DNA from: Eledone cirrhosa
Taxonomy: Eukaryota
Length of the DNA stretch: 64,000 bases
Direction: 5' to 3'
Assembly: GCA_964016885.1 (NCBI GenBank)
Contig: OZ024741.1
Location: 116,932,001-116,996,000 of the forward strand
This document shows positions 29,421 to 44,466 of the stretch, piece after piece (position 1 is the stretch's first letter; each line of letters starts with the position of its first letter). Below the pieces are notes generated by a model. It worked only from the letters and a program-made list of their open reading frames with translations, had not been told where the DNA came from and made no database searches. The position numbers were made by a program, and so were the translations under genes.

Positions 29421-30359
29421 ACTATATATATATATATTGTGTTCACTCTGAGGAGAAATTTCATCCTTACGGGCTTGATTTATAAAGTACCAGCATTGGG
29501 GTGGATTTAATCGAGTTTCCCTTCCTCCAGAATTGTTTGCCTTTTGCCTAAATCAGAAATCATTAATTTGAACACCAGGTTTGCTCAAATCCATAATTCT
29601 TATTCACACAGATTACCTCATATATTTTATTTGTTGTTTGTTTGTTTACTGAGCTTCAGTTGTTTGTCACTTTTGCCTATCAGTCTGGTTTGTTTTATTT
29701 CACAACCTACTCATGCTTATGCAAGAAAATCTATTCCACATGCCATCCCATCACCATAAGTGAAACTTCCGGGTCAGTCTACTTCGTGGTCCCGACTGAC
29801 AGGATGGGGTGACATTGCCCCCAGAGAACAGTGGGGAAGACGTGCTGGAACAGCAACTCCACCTCGCGGGGCTCGCAAATCTTGCTGCCTTTCGTTGCCA
29901 TGACAGTGCTGTTATCGCAATTATAATTGCAAAGAAAATTAAGGAAATATTGTTCAAATATTGCAAGGATCAATATTTACCTAGTTTACTGTTTTAACTT
30001 CTATTTATATGAATATATATGGACTTGTAACTCCTAGTGGGGTCGTAGGAGCACTGTAGTGGCATTCTAAACCTAACCGTGCCCATCCCTCTCCAGGTAT
30101 TAACACAAATAAATTTCTTCTAGAGAAGGAGAAAGGGAGTGAGTGACTAAGAGAACAAGAGACACAGAGGAAGATTCGATCTCAGTACTGGCCATGTACT
30201 TTTATTATTGACCTCGAAAGAATGGAAGGGTGAAACGTAAAGACTCTTTCATACTATATCAAGCGTTAAATTAATATATTTCTTCATTGTACTGTGTTAT
30301 TTGGTTTGTTGCTTCTGTTTACTTTGTGTGTGTGTATATATATATATATAAGCTGAAAC

Positions 30360-30395
30360 TTTCCTGATGAAAGACTTCTGTCCGAAACGTCGAAA
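30360..30395 (+). ncRNA. Ultra-minimal type I hammerhead motif
   Basis: TTTC-CTGATGA-AAGAC-TTCT-GTCC-GAAA-CG-TC-GAAA; palindromic ACGT stem III. Degenerate relative at about 28275-28312. Confidence 0.6.
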
Positions 30396-30471
30396 CCTCC
30401 TCCACTTCCACCAAGCTTGAACCTAATATAACTGTGTACAATTGCCTCCTGTGTTTTGTTTGTTCATTTTC

Positions 30472-30516
<45 letters not shown>

Positions 30517-30592
30517 AGATAAAAAACTCATATCAATATATGAATGTATAATTATATATATATGCATATACATGTATATATATATATGCATA

Positions 30593-30638
<46 letters not shown>

Positions 30639-31350
30639 TATATATATGTGTGTGTGTGTGTATACATATGTATACATATATATATATACAAAGTTTTCGC
30701 TCACAGACACACACACACACACACATACATAAACATATATATATTGGGGCTTACATGTGTCCATACTATTTAATCAATGACTTTATTCATCAAATTATGA
30801 TTCCGTTTTTGTATACATATTTTCACTAGATTAAGTAAAAACTTCATTTTACATACATACGATAAAGGTAAAATCTTTCATAGTTCATGAGTACAGTTTC
30901 CAGATTTCATAAATCTCAGGCATCACGCGAGACTAGAACGCCAATACTGGGAGTTGCGGCCAAATGCTCTTAAAAGCTGAGCAACTGATCCGATTGTGCA
31001 ATCAGTCTTGAGAGCCAGTATAGAGAAATACGTGTATGTATGTATGTATGTATGTATGTATGTATGTATGTATGTATGTATGTATGTATGTATGTATGTA
31101 TGTATGTATGTATGTATGTATGTATGTATGTATAAGTGTGTGTGCGTGTGTGTGTGTGTGTGTGCGTGTGTGTGTGTGTGTGTGTAATATATATTTGTAC
31201 GAAATGTTAGCTTTTTCTTTAAATTCCCAAACGTTAGCGTCACATACATACATGCGTGCATCTATACAAACATGTTTTTCTGTTTGTATTTATGTATGGA
31301 TGTGTGGTTGGATGAATGTACACACACACACACACATGGAGGTATATATA

Positions 31351-31441
<91 letters not shown>

Positions 31442-31850
31442 GCCCACCCATAATATATACATACATATATATGTGTATATATATATATGTGTGTGTGTGT
31501 TTTCCAGTTTATTTGTGTATTTTCACTTTCGTGTCTAGTAATACCAGTATAGTGGGGATTCCTCTAATAGTCTTTTGGAGAATAATCCTATCATTATGTA
31601 TTGTTTTTTAACAACAAAACAGCCATTTAGTAGTTGTTTACAAAAACATGGCTCTGTGGTTAAGGAATTTGCTTCGCAGAAGGCCACCTGGTTCGTTTTC
31701 AATCACAATACGCGGTAACTTAAGCAATCTAGCAACATTCAATTATCATTGCTTCGGGTTGACCAATGCATCACGGGTTTAGTACAGTAGATGGAAAATG
31801 CAATAGCTCGACATATATATGGCAATAGAGGGAGGAGGAGGAGGGGGAGG

Positions 31851-31945
31851 AGAAGAAGAAGAAGAAGAAGAAGAAGAAGAAGAAGAAGAAGAAGAAGAAG
31901 AAGAAGAAGAAGAAGAAGAAGAAGAAGAAGAAGAAGAAGAAGAAG
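31851..31945. repeat. (GAA)n microsatellite
   Basis: About 31 perfect units. Confidence 0.97.
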
Positions 31946-32287
31946 CTTTAGGTCGACCACAAGGCTTTGAATACCAAATCACTAGATGGCCAGCGTTACA
32001 CACGGTGTATCTGGAACTAACTTCTGCTACTCCGAGAAAGGCAACCCACCATGAGAGAATTGGAGCTGTAAAACACCAAATTTCTCTGGGTGGTTGACCG
32101 GAGTTTGGTAATTTAGAATTTCTGTACTGACAGTGAAGAAGTTTTACACTAGCCTGCTTTGTGATTCACCACAAGGAGTGGCTAGTGACACCGACCTGCA
32201 AGAGATTTGTCAGCATGTGTGAGGTTACCACGGAAACCTCCCCACTGGACTTATTCACGAATGCTTTTCATACATCATATCACCGGA

Positions 32288-32720
32288 TAATAATTGTTTC
32301 TACTTTAGGCACAAGGCCAGCAATTCGAAGACGAGGGGAAAGTCGATTAAATCGTCCCCAGTACTTACTGGTGCTTTATTTTATCGACCCCGTAAGGATG
32401 AAAGGCAAAGTTAACCTCGGCGGGATTTGAACTCAGACTATAAAGGGCCGTAACTCTTTGCTGTAAAGCATGGTGTCCGACTCTCTACCGATACTGCCAA
32501 TCCACAATGCTTTCTGATTTAGGCACAAGGCCAACGAAGGGGGAGGAGAAAGTCGACAACATCGGCCCCAGTGCATTACTGTTACTTTAGTTTATCGACC
32601 CCGTAAAGATGAAGAGCGAAGCTAAGCTCGGCGGGATTTGAACTCGGAGCATAAAGGGCCATAACACTATGCCGCAAAGTATATTGTCCGTAGCTCTACC
32701 GATTCTGCAAATCCACCACT
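32288..32720 (-). mobile_element. Two tandem family-1 SINEs
   Basis: Two complete head-core-tail units. Confidence 0.8.
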
Positions 32721-32780
32721 GATTTCATATTTAACTTTAACTGTGTTCATTTCCGGCCTGCTTTTCATCCTTGCGAGGAC

Positions 32781-32897
32781 GGTAACGTAAAATACCCGTA
32801 ACACACTGGGGCCCATTTATCCTGGCGTTCTGCTTAAATTTTAAGCAGAACGCCAGGATAAATGGACCCCAGTGTGTTACTGGTATTTTACGTTACC
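32781..32897. repeat. 117-bp palindrome built from a SINE body
   Basis: GGTAACGTAAAATACC...GCTTAA-ATT-TTAAGC...GGTATTTTACGTTACC. Confidence 0.9.
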
Positions 32898-32943
32898 ATT
32901 TTGTTCGACGCGCTAACGAATCTGCAGATACATATACAGTCGT

Positions 32944-32995
<52 letters not shown>

Positions 32996-33222
32996 GCACA
33001 GATATACATATATACATATATACATATATACATACACACACACCTACACACTCATGCACACACATATATATATATATGCACAGATATACATATATACATA
33101 CATATATGGATGCACACATACGTATTGGCATTCCTATATATACACGTACAGACATGCGTACATACGTATCACAATATATATATATATGTATATATATATA
33201 TACAAATATATCTATATATATC

Positions 33223-33318
<96 letters not shown>

Positions 33319-33393
33319 GTGACACGTATGTATGCATGTCTGTACGTGTATGTATGAATGCCCATATATATATACATACATTCATATATATAA

Positions 33394-33476
<83 letters not shown>

Positions 33477-33770
33477 CACAAGATGTCCCCCCAACAGCAT
33501 TCTAATCAAAGTGTGTATACATTTTTAGGACACCCTATATATATATATGTTTATATATATATATATATTAAGAGAGAGAGGGAGGGGAGGGAGAGGGAGA
33601 GGGAGAGGGAGAGGGAGAGAGAGGGTGAGAGGGAGAGTGGGAGAGAGAGAGGGAGAGAGAAAGAAAGAGAGATGCATATATTATAGTAGACGTATAGGAA
33701 AGGAACTAATTAATTATAAGCAGCGAGAGTAATCAATTATAAACTGTGAGTATAGTCATACATTATATAG

Positions 33771-33827
<57 letters not shown>

Positions 33828-33833
33828 TGTATG

Positions 33834-33884
<51 letters not shown>

Positions 33885-34021
33885 ATATATATATATGTAT
33901 TTAATATAGAAATGGCTTCTACAGGACAACTGTTTTATTCATATGTATATATATATATATATGTAGGTATGTAGGTATGTATATATATATATAGGGATGT
34001 ATATATATATATATGTGCGTG

Positions 34022-34064
<43 letters not shown>

Positions 34065-36059
34065 GTGTGTGTATACATTTATGTATGTTGTGTGCGTATG
34101 TATCTGAATGGAAGTACATGTTTGTATGGGTATATGTGTGTATGTATGTATCTGGTGTGTGTGTGTGTTTATGCAAATATGTATGTCTAGCTAGGCTTCT
34201 TATCTCTTACATTATTTGTCCAGCAAATTGAAGGCAGGGAAAGTGAGGTATTATTTTAGTCTTAAAATTTACCTTGTTATATATTTCTTAAGCCATTAAA
34301 AATGAAATGACCGAAGTCGTAATAGTTAATCATTATGTTGAAGTCATTAAGGAATATCGTATGTGCGGTTTTGAGATCTAAATCTCGCCAGTTATTTAAA
34401 TTCTCTGTCTGTTAAAAAGAAATTAGAATTCAAACACGGAGAAAGACAAGCAGTGTCAATTTATATAGTTACGAATTGAAGTAAAACAAAAACACGCATA
34501 TCTACATATACACCTGCACACACGTATACAAACATATACACATTTTTTGTATAGAAACATAAACTCACGTATACAAACATATATACATGTATACAACTGC
34601 ACAAAGATACATGTATGCAAACATACACGCATGCATACAAACGCATATAGACATACACATGAAAGCACATACACACATATACGCACACACATACTCAGAC
34701 AGATGCATGAAGAGACATATAAGTGTGATTATGTAAAAATCTGTGTGAAAGGTTAAGCGGTGGTGAAGGAGAATAATGGCAGAAAGATCGCTAAATGATT
34801 TCAGCTCCCTGAGAGTGTTTGGCATCTATATGCGACACGGCGCCACCTCACGGCAGGTGGTTCTTGAAATAATCGAATAGGCGCGCGTAGATATATGAGA
34901 CAAGTAAAACAGATTGTATGGCCAGCAATGAACAGCATATAGAAACTCGTGACGAATGGAATTGGGGTGAATTGGTAGAATCGTTAAAGTGTTGAACAAC
35001 ACAATGTAATACAGTATGTATTTTAATTTCAAATACAGCCTAACAATCTAATTGTCGAGGGCTCTAAAGACCTATAGATTCCACAAATCTTTAACCTCCG
35101 TTTTCCTTCACCAAATCGGGATGATGACACCACGCCTGAGGAAGGTGCTCTGTGAAGTAAAATTGTTAATGCCAGATGTTATCTTCAGCACCGCTTTAAC
35201 TATCGTATTTCTCGGAGTAGAAGACGCTACTTTTCCCCTAAAATAAGTCTCCAAAATCTACCATGCGTCCTGGAAGCCGAAGGTTGTTTATTATTTTTTC
35301 TCAAATTTTTGGTTGTCAAAATTAGGGTGCGTTCTCGAGGACGAAGCGTCTTCGGCGTAGGGAAATACGGTATCTTGTTTACCAGATACATCTAAGGGTG
35401 TTGAATTTTTTATATCTCTATTTCTCCTCCTTTTGTTTGTCTTTTAATTGTTATTAACGTATAATAGATTATTTTGGCTAAAATTGAGAGAAAAACCCAC
35501 GAATTTATATGTTTTTATGCCTTCGTCAATTCATATCTTTGATACTACTGAAACCGGCCATAGTTGTGTGCTATGAAACTGTTTTAAATTGTTCATAATT
35601 ATATTAAAATCTTTCATCACAATTTTATTTAAGAAATTTTAAGTAATGTTATCAGCTTAGTAATGAAAAAGTTATTTATTTTACTGAACTCCTTCAAGCT
35701 TTGATTATTTTCAAAATTAATTGAGACAAATTGGCAATGTACTTTATTAGAAGCATGGTAATAAAAGGGCCAACTTGCTACATATTATCACGAAGAGGAA
35801 TGCATGGACAACAAAACAAGTAATGGTTAGGAAAGGGGACCCTGATATTGTAAGTTATGAAAGGGCCAAGAAGGCTATTATGAACACGACCGACCACAAC
35901 ACCACCATTGAACTGGGCGAAGAGGACCCTTTTCATTACAATATTTCTAATTAAAGACACTGCTAATGATGTTCAATTAACTTTGAAAATTAATCAAATA
36001 TTTGGAGGGATTTACTAATATAATATAATTAACTTTCACATTAAGTTAGCGTTTAGGGT

Positions 36060-36245
36060 GGTGGATTGGCAGTATCGGTAGAAGATCGTGACATAGTTAC
36101 GGCCCTTCTGAGTTCAAATCTTGCCGAGGTTAGCTTTGCCTTTCCGCCGTACGGGGTCAATAAAACAGTCAAATACTGGGGTCAATATAATCGACTTTCC
36201 CCTCCCCTAAATTACTGGCCTTGTGTCAAGATTAGAAATTGTGTA
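36060..36245 (+). mobile_element. Family-1 SINE
   Basis: TGGCAGTATCGGTAG / GAGTTCAAATC head plus core. Confidence 0.7.
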
Positions 36246-37724
36246 GATTCTACACAATCTCATAGATGTCTTTATTCTTATTGGCAAAATCACATTCTTT
36301 TTACATCTATGTTACTAATGATAACCTAACATCATCACCATCATTGTTTAATGTCCACTTTCACTGCTAGTAAGGTTTGGATGTGTCATCACAGACTGAT
36401 GGTGGGGGGCGCTGGGATATTACGTGGCCCCAAGGTTTGAGAACCTCTGATTTACACTAAGATAAAGATAAATCTTGATAGGGGCACCATCCTGTCTTGT
36501 GCATTTTAAATTCGGTGAAGCCCACCCCTTTCCAGATTGTAACACTCACCAAGTCTACTCGAGAAAAAAAGAGAAAGCGAGGAAGAACCGACCCCAGTAT
36601 TCTACCGGTACTTTATTTATCGACGTCGAAAAGATGGAAGGTAAAGTTGACCTCGGTGGGATTTGAATGCAGGGAGCGAGGACAAATAGCGAGGTATCTT
36701 TAATCCAACTCTCTACCAACTCTGCCAATTCTACTTCATTTACATTAAAACTAAAGAAATAAAAGATTTGTGGGTTTATCTTTGGAATGCCAACAGCAAC
36801 AGCAGCAGCATTTGCTGCAGAAACAACAACAGCAACAATAACATTATTACAAGATATATTCAAATCAAAATCTAATGCACTTGCAAAAAACAAACAAAGA
36901 AACAAAAAACATAATTTGAAAACCTCTGAACCAACGAGGGAATCTCAAAGAGGTTACTTAAACTGCTAGAAATAGTAACCAAATCTCTTTCAAATTGCAC
37001 CTTACCGCTATATAAGGGAACTCGTTGGATAATGTGGTCTTGAAATCACTACAAAAGTTTGGCTAGAAACGGCTGGAATAACTTAGATCATACGTTTTTT
37101 CGATCAGGCTTGACCTGGTGCTAAACAAGATAAAGAACAACAATAACAAAAATAAAAGCAACAAGAAGAACTAAAATACCTACAAACTCATTTTAGAGCG
37201 TGCCTCTACATGGTCTCAAGACTTACTAGAAATAGCAGCCAAAAATCACACCTTATCGTCTTGACCCATTGGATAATGAAGTTATAGATATACTACGGTA
37301 TTTGAATGACTAAAAAGCAAACACAGACAGTATTATCACGGTTAGAATGTTTCGATTTGATTAGAGCTGACCTGGGACAAAGCAACAACAACAACAACAA
37401 CAACAACAACAACCTATGAATCTAAATCGTTGCTTTTTAGGCCAAGTCAACCATTATTGAGGAAACCTAAGGTTAAATATATTCCCGCCGCGACTACCAC
37501 GTTCCTTTCAAATAGGACTGATCAATCCAAAGTATCACTTGCATTCCATAGATTGTAAGGTGCAATTTGATATGGATTTGGTTGCCATTTATATCAGGTT
37601 GAACGACCACCTAGAGTCTCCCTTCACCACGCTGGCTCATATAAATCTAGTTTACTTTTTGTTTAACCCTAGGTCAACACTAATCGAGAAAAGCTGTGGT
37701 CAAATACGTTTCAATCTTTTAGAG

Positions 37725-37902
37725 CATGGTTTCCTAAACTTTATCAAATGCGGAACCCTTTTTGGTTCAGAAACATTCGGAGTACCCCAAAGTCTAATAC
37801 CGTTATATGGCCGTAATATACTCCTCTACCTGTTTTCACAGAACCTCAGACACTCTTTTGCAGAACCCTTGGGTTCCACTGAATTCACTTTGGGAACCAC
37901 TG
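37725..37902. mobile_element. hAT (Charlie-like) MITE
   Basis: CATGGTTTCCTAAAC / TTTGGGAACCACTG termini; TSD TTTTAGAG/CTTTAGAG. Confidence 0.7.
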
Positions 37903-39049
37903 CTTTAGAGGAATACATGGCCAGATCAGTGATTCCTAAAGAGAGCGTTATCATCCCCTTGGGAGCACTTGGAGATTCAAGAAGGGCACTGGGAGATTCA
38001 AGAAGATACATGGTAAGGGGATACTGAGGTCGGTAGGGGTTGCTAGAAAGCAGGTAGATGGTGGTGGTGTGGGTTGGAAGACGAGGGGATGGTGGAGGGT
38101 GTTGGAAGCCAATGCAAGGAGAAATTGTAGAAAAGACAGAAAGGTGCAACAAATACCAATTAGTACTTGTTCCTAAAACTGTCCCCTTTAGTTATTTAAT
38201 AAATACTCAAATAAAAAAATTTTAAATGTTAAAATTTAATTTTCAATAAAGCGGTTGACTTAAGAAGCATTACTCGCAGTCTACATTTTCCCGTCACCAG
38301 GGGTGGTGCTTTACCCGATTTTCTCAACTGTTATTTACAGTAATCGAATCTGATTATAGTCAGTTGCGCTGGGATGCACACATACATTCTAATTTTCAAT
38401 TTATAATTTTTTAATAAAATTTCTGAGGTGGGGTCGCTGATGAAATATATTCTGTAAAACCCAGTAATATTCTGTAGAGGTAGCTCAAAAGGTTTGGGAA
38501 TATCTGATCTAGCTTATCCAATGTACTCTCTTCTTTCCTAAGATATTTGAGGGCGATTTGGTTGATATTTCTAGCGAATCATATGATCACGTTGAGGTAT
38601 TGATTGTTAAGTGAGTGTGGAAATCTAAGAGTTGGCGAAGAATAATCTAATCGGTCACTCGACCTACAAGTATTAGCAGCCAAATTCCACACAAACAACA
38701 CTCTCTATCAACCTTAAAATAGTAATTATACATTGTGTAATGTAGATTGTTTCTATGTATGCCATCAAATCTCTGTCCGTCAGAGTTTGCTGGTCTAATG
38801 CCTTCATCACTCATATACTCATGATTCACTCGTATCACCTCCTTTCATCACCCATGTCCAACCTCACAGCAATCACTACACCCAGTCCTTCTTCCACAGA
38901 ACGTCGATTCTCGGGAACTCCCACTTTTTTTATGTCTTCCTCAAAAGAGTGAATCTGTATCAATTTAAACGGAACATCAACGGCATCAGTCTCCTCAGTC
39001 ATTGGCCAGACATACCGAATAAAAAAAAAAAAAAAAAATTGTAACTTCC

Positions 39050-39380
39050 ATAGAATGGACCTCCATTGGTTTCGACGATGAGTGTTTCAGTCGGCTCGTG
39101 AAATTAAAGAGTAAGTGGGTGAGCATTCCACAGACACATGTGCTTTTAATTTTCAGGAGGATTCAGTGTGACACTTTGAGTAACAAATCTGGCACTTTAA
39201 ATTACAATCACAGTTCATTCAACAGTCTTCTAAACAGTTTCCTTCTACCCAATTTCACTTATAAGGCATGACTTGACCCACAACTATGGTAAACGATATT
39301 TGCCCAAGCAGCCACACTGTAGGATCAAATCCGGAATCTAATGACTGTGAAGCGAACTCTTAAACTAATTGAACATGCTG
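39050..39380 (-). mobile_element. SINE family 2
   Basis: Homologous to 2553-2852. Confidence 0.65.
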
Positions 39381-39560
39381 TGTCCATGATAAACACTATT
39401 CAGAAGTTCCCAAATTTCTCACTACTTAAATGAATTTTCCCAGAGACCCCTGTTACAATTACTTCTCTCCTAGAGAATAACATTCGAAAGGGAGATATAT
39501 TTATATTTAGAGAATAACTGATACCCAGTAGCGAGTGTATATTAGGATTTCAACAAAATA

Positions 39561-39862
39561 CATTGTACCCCCGGCATTCACGGTCCCGCTTATTCGCGGA
39601 ATTTTCCTTAGAACCGCATAATCGTGGAGTCGTAAATATCTTTCGTGATCTTTTAATGGCTTTTTTCGTGGCAATATATATTTTTTTCACGCTTTTCAAC
39701 GCTAAATTATTAATAACAATATATTGTATATTCCCGCCTATATTTTACGTTATGTTTTGACTTTTATATGCATTTTTAAGGTTCGCGTTCAATATTCGCG
39801 GTTTTTCACGCTTCGCAGGTGCTTTAGGAATGTAACCCCAGCGAATACCGGGAGACAACTGT
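39561..39862. mobile_element. Tigger/pogo-like MITE
   Basis: CATTGTACCCCCGGCATTC / GAATACCGGGAGACAACTG imperfect TIRs; internal ATTCGCGG repeats. Confidence 0.55.
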
Positions 39863-40483
39863 TCTTGAAATGTTAAACTTAGCTCTCCGACCCCAATGGA
39901 CATCGGTCTCCAGGCTGGGAACCTTGCACTAATGTGCTTCTCTTGGAAGTTTCCTGGGAGAATATATAGAAGGTTTTTCCCGCTGTCTACCTTCGCGTAT
40001 TTTTGTAGAAGACACCATTTTATTGGTTAGATATACACAAGTTTCCCAGCCCTTTTGGTCTGTCACCACGGAAGGAGTGAGTACACTGGAGGGAACTGAA
40101 TACTTCCCCCTACTTTTCAATTGTGTAACCCCAGGTTTAGAAAAATTACGGTGGTATCATTATTCTGAAACCCTTGCCTATGAATTACAATGTCCATCCG
40201 CAATATTCTGAAGCCAGTCCATCTCCCATCCTCGAACACAAAAACATGGCAGCAAGCCTGAATTCCTGCGTGAGCTGTCAGAACATAAAGATCCAGAATA
40301 AATACCGCAAAACATTTTACCCAATGCTCTAACTATTCCACTAATTTACTACTTTGGATTAGTACTTTATTTAACGACCCCGGAAAGCTGAAAGATAATT
40401 TAAATACATTTTGTCCTACGCTCTATTGATTCAACAAATTCACTGTTTGTTTTTGGTGTGTTTTATGTCTAGTCAAAAAAGGG

Positions 40484-42115
40484 TGGTGGATTGGCAGTAT
40501 CGGTAGAGCGTCAGACATGTTTTGCGACATAAGGCTACAGACCTTTACGTTCTGAATTCAAATCCTGCCGCGGTTAGCTTTGCCTTAATGAAGCACCAGT
40601 AACGCACTGGGGTCTATCTAATCCACTTTCTTCTTCCCCTATCAAATTGTTGGCCTTCTGCCTAAATCAGAATCCGTTATGTCTAAACAAAAAAGAGGGG
40701 CGGATATGCAGAATCATTAGAGAACCGGACAAACTGTTCTGCGGCGTTTAGTTACGTTCTAAGCTCAAATCCCACCGAGGTCAATTTTTCCTTTTATCAT
40801 TTTTATCAATTAAGTACTGGTGTCAATGTAATCGACGCTCGACTCCCCTCAAACGAGCCTAAATTGATTTCTAATTTAAGCACAAAGCCAGTAAATTTAG
40901 GAGAAGGGGATAAAGTTGAATTAATCAATACAAATACCTGACTGGTATTATATTTTATCGACCCCGTAAGGGTGAAAGCACATTTGTCTAAATTAGAAAG
41001 TATGCCAAGACAAAATTAGAAAAAAGTATTATGCCTAAACAAGTAAACGTAAAAAAAAAGGAAAGAAAAAAATGTTCACGGCTGGAATGGTTTTTGATTA
41101 ATCATATAATTACTGAGCCGGGGTCGACCCTGGGCTAAACAACAACAACAGTAAGAAGAAGGTGAAGAAGATAAAGAATGAGAATCTAAACTATAATAAA
41201 GTAAGAAGCGCGGGACTGCGTACGGTTTCTAATTTTTTATCCCATTAGTAAAATTTGGATTACTTTGAATAAATAATTGTTTCTACTTTTGGCACAAGGC
41301 CAGCAATTACCCAATGCATTACTGGTACTTTATTCTATCGACCCCGGAAGGATGAAAGGCAAAGTTAACCTCAAAGTATACTTCAAAGTATACTTTGAAT
41401 AAATAATGAATGAATATTACATAATTTATCTACTAAATTTCGTGGCTGTTCATTAAATATATTTTATTATTTATTTAAAGATTCACTTCAAATGTCAACA
41501 CTTCCGCTGGCGATTGTTTAAATAAACATATTAATTTTCTGTCATTAATTTTCTCCTAATGCAGTTTATATATATCGTTACTGATTACATAAGACAATGT
41601 AACACAGTCTTCGTTCAATTTCTGTGTATATTGTCAATTACGATTTTATTTGACGTATCATATCTACATGTATATATACTTGGAAAATATCAATATACAC
41701 ACTACACATGCTAGCAGAAAACCACCCGAAGGATGGGTTTTCTGCTAGTAACAATAATAATTGTTTCTAATTTTAGCACAAGGTCAGTAATTTAAAGGAA
41801 AGGGAAATGTCGATCAAATCGACCCCAGAGCCTATCTGGTACTTTATTTTAACGACCCCATAGGATGGAAGGCAAAGCTAACCTCGGGGGAATTTGAACT
41901 CACAACGTAAAGGGCCGTACTCTCTGCAGAAAAAATAAAGAAGAAGAAGAAGAACAACAACAAGAAGGGCAGCAACAGCAACAGTAGCAGCAACAGTAAC
42001 ATCAGCGAGCCACCACAACAACAACATAAATAGCAGCAGTAGTGAGCATAAACAATATATAAACGCAAGTGTTCCATAATATAGTTACGTTTATCTCGTT
42101 CTGTGTATGTGTGTG

Positions 42116-42155
<40 letters not shown>

Positions 42156-43960
42156 GCTGTGGAAGGAGGTTAAATAAGCTAAGCCCCGCCCACTTTCATG
42201 ACGTTTTCAGTTAGTTTAATAGAAGCTACGACTGAGCCAACAGTGTTATAGTATATACAGGGGAGATAAGCATGGTGGAGAGGGATTGTTACAGATTAGC
42301 TCCGCCTTATTGTTTTGTTAGGTTTCCTCTTATATCAGTCTCTCTCTCTGTCTCTCTCTCTCTCTCTATATATATATACGTGTGTGAGTGTGTGTATGTC
42401 TGTGTGTACGACACAACTACGATTTTGTGCCCTCGCCCGGTATAGCTCAATTTTTTTTTACAGTCTTTTATTTTAAGCACAAGGCCAGCAATGTTAATGA
42501 ATTCGATTAAATTGGTACTTTTTTTATCGACCCAGAAAAAAATGAAAGGCAAAGTTGACTTTTCGAACTCAACGTAAAGTACTGGATTTGTCGCATTGGT
42601 CCGACGCCCTAACTACTCTGCCATCCCCCTGGTTTTATAACTTTCTAATAGTGGTTTCTGATTTAGGCACAGGGGCAAACAATTTTTTTTGGGGGGAGTC
42701 GATTAAATCGACCCCAAGTGCATTATTGGTACTACTTTATTTTATCGACCCCGTAAGGATGAAAAGCAGAGCTAATGTCGGTTGGATTTGAACTTAGAAC
42801 GTAAAGAGCTGTAACTATGACGCGAAGCATATTGCTTGACGCTCTACCGATACTGCCAACACACCACGCGTGTTTCCGTCAACCGAATTTCACTCACAAC
42901 CTGAAACTACAGTAGAAAACACTTGCGAAGGTGCGGCGTAGCAGGACTGTGCCTTAGAACAAGCGAACCCCTTAACTTCACAGCCATGCCTGTTAATGAA
43001 TAAAAAATAATTGTAATTCATCGTTGTAGAAATCATGTTTCGTTCCTGTATATGATATTTTATTTCAAAATACTCAAATATCTTCCTAGGATAAAATTAC
43101 ATAAAAATAATAAAGATTTAATATTTAGTCAAACATATAGAACTCCTAATTTCAGTTCGTGTATAATACTATTGAAGACGGTGGTTTAAGGGAAATTGTA
43201 ATAGCTTATAGCATTTTTCTCTGCTTTTCTTTTAATTATTCTTTATATGATTTGAATTTAAGTTTTTACCTGTTAAATCTAAAAAGGGGACATCAACATG
43301 ATAAAAATACAGATCAATTTTAAGTATGTGAAAAAGGTTTTAAACCATCGGAGTTATCCAATAAAAAGGAACGATCGACTTTCGTCAAATCGGACCGAAG
43401 AAACAATGTTTCCATTAGTCTTTCCAATTGCTAATACTATCTATCGGTCGCAACTCCAGGTAGAAGGAGCAACGGGAAATAAAGTGTCTTGCTCAAGGAC
43501 ATAACGCATCGCCGGTCCAGGAATCGAACTCACAACCTCACGATTGCAAATCCTATTCTCTAACCACTCAGCCACACGCCCTCAATGGTTTTTAATTTAA
43601 GCACAAGCCCATCAATTTAAAGCAATACATGACTGGGACTCTATTTTCTCTATTTTCTCGACCTCGGAAGGATGAAAGGCAAAGTTGACCTCGGCGTAAT
43701 TTGAACTCAGTACGTAAAGCGCCATAACTAAAAACCGTAATAGATTTTAATCCGACACACGAGCGATTCTACCAATCCTTGGCAGTATCGGTAGAGGGTC
43801 GGACGCCATGCTTTGACGCATAAAGTTACGGCCCTTGCCATTCTGAGTTCAAATCCCGCCGAGGTTAACTTTGCCTTTCATCCTTACGGGGTCGGTAAAA
43901 TAAATTACCAGTAATGCACTGGATAATTGCTGGCCTTGTGCCAAAAGTAGAAACAATTAT
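40484..43960. mobile_element. Cluster of about 10 family-1 SINE copies of mixed age and orientation
   Basis: Copies at about 40484, 40695, 40865, 41275, 41755, 42470, 42650, 43585 and 43779. Confidence 0.7.
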
Positions 43961-44176
43961 TAAAAAAATCGAAGAAATTTTCACTTTGATGGGTCATTAA
44001 ATTATCTTTATACCTCATATATGTATGGTCCCGTAACTCCTGATAGAATGGCAGGGGTGCCATATTGACATACGGCGTTTCGTGGGCACCTTCAAGCTTG
44101 GCGGAGCCCAGCCCTCTCCAGGCATATTTATACCTTATAATAATGTAATAACCATTATCACACACACGCAGACACA

Positions 44177-44292
<116 letters not shown>

Positions 44293-44431
44293 GAGACATT
44301 CGCACACAAACATACAGACACATACACAGACACACACGTACTCACACTCACACAGACGTGCACGCACGCACAAATATACTTACACATACAGACACATGCA
44401 TACACACACATACACAGGTACGGACACACAG

Positions 44432-44466
<35 letters not shown>

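Noticed and set aside
38437-38443. CTGATGA as a hammerhead core
   Set aside because: Lies in a hAT-like MITE body with no compatible stems.
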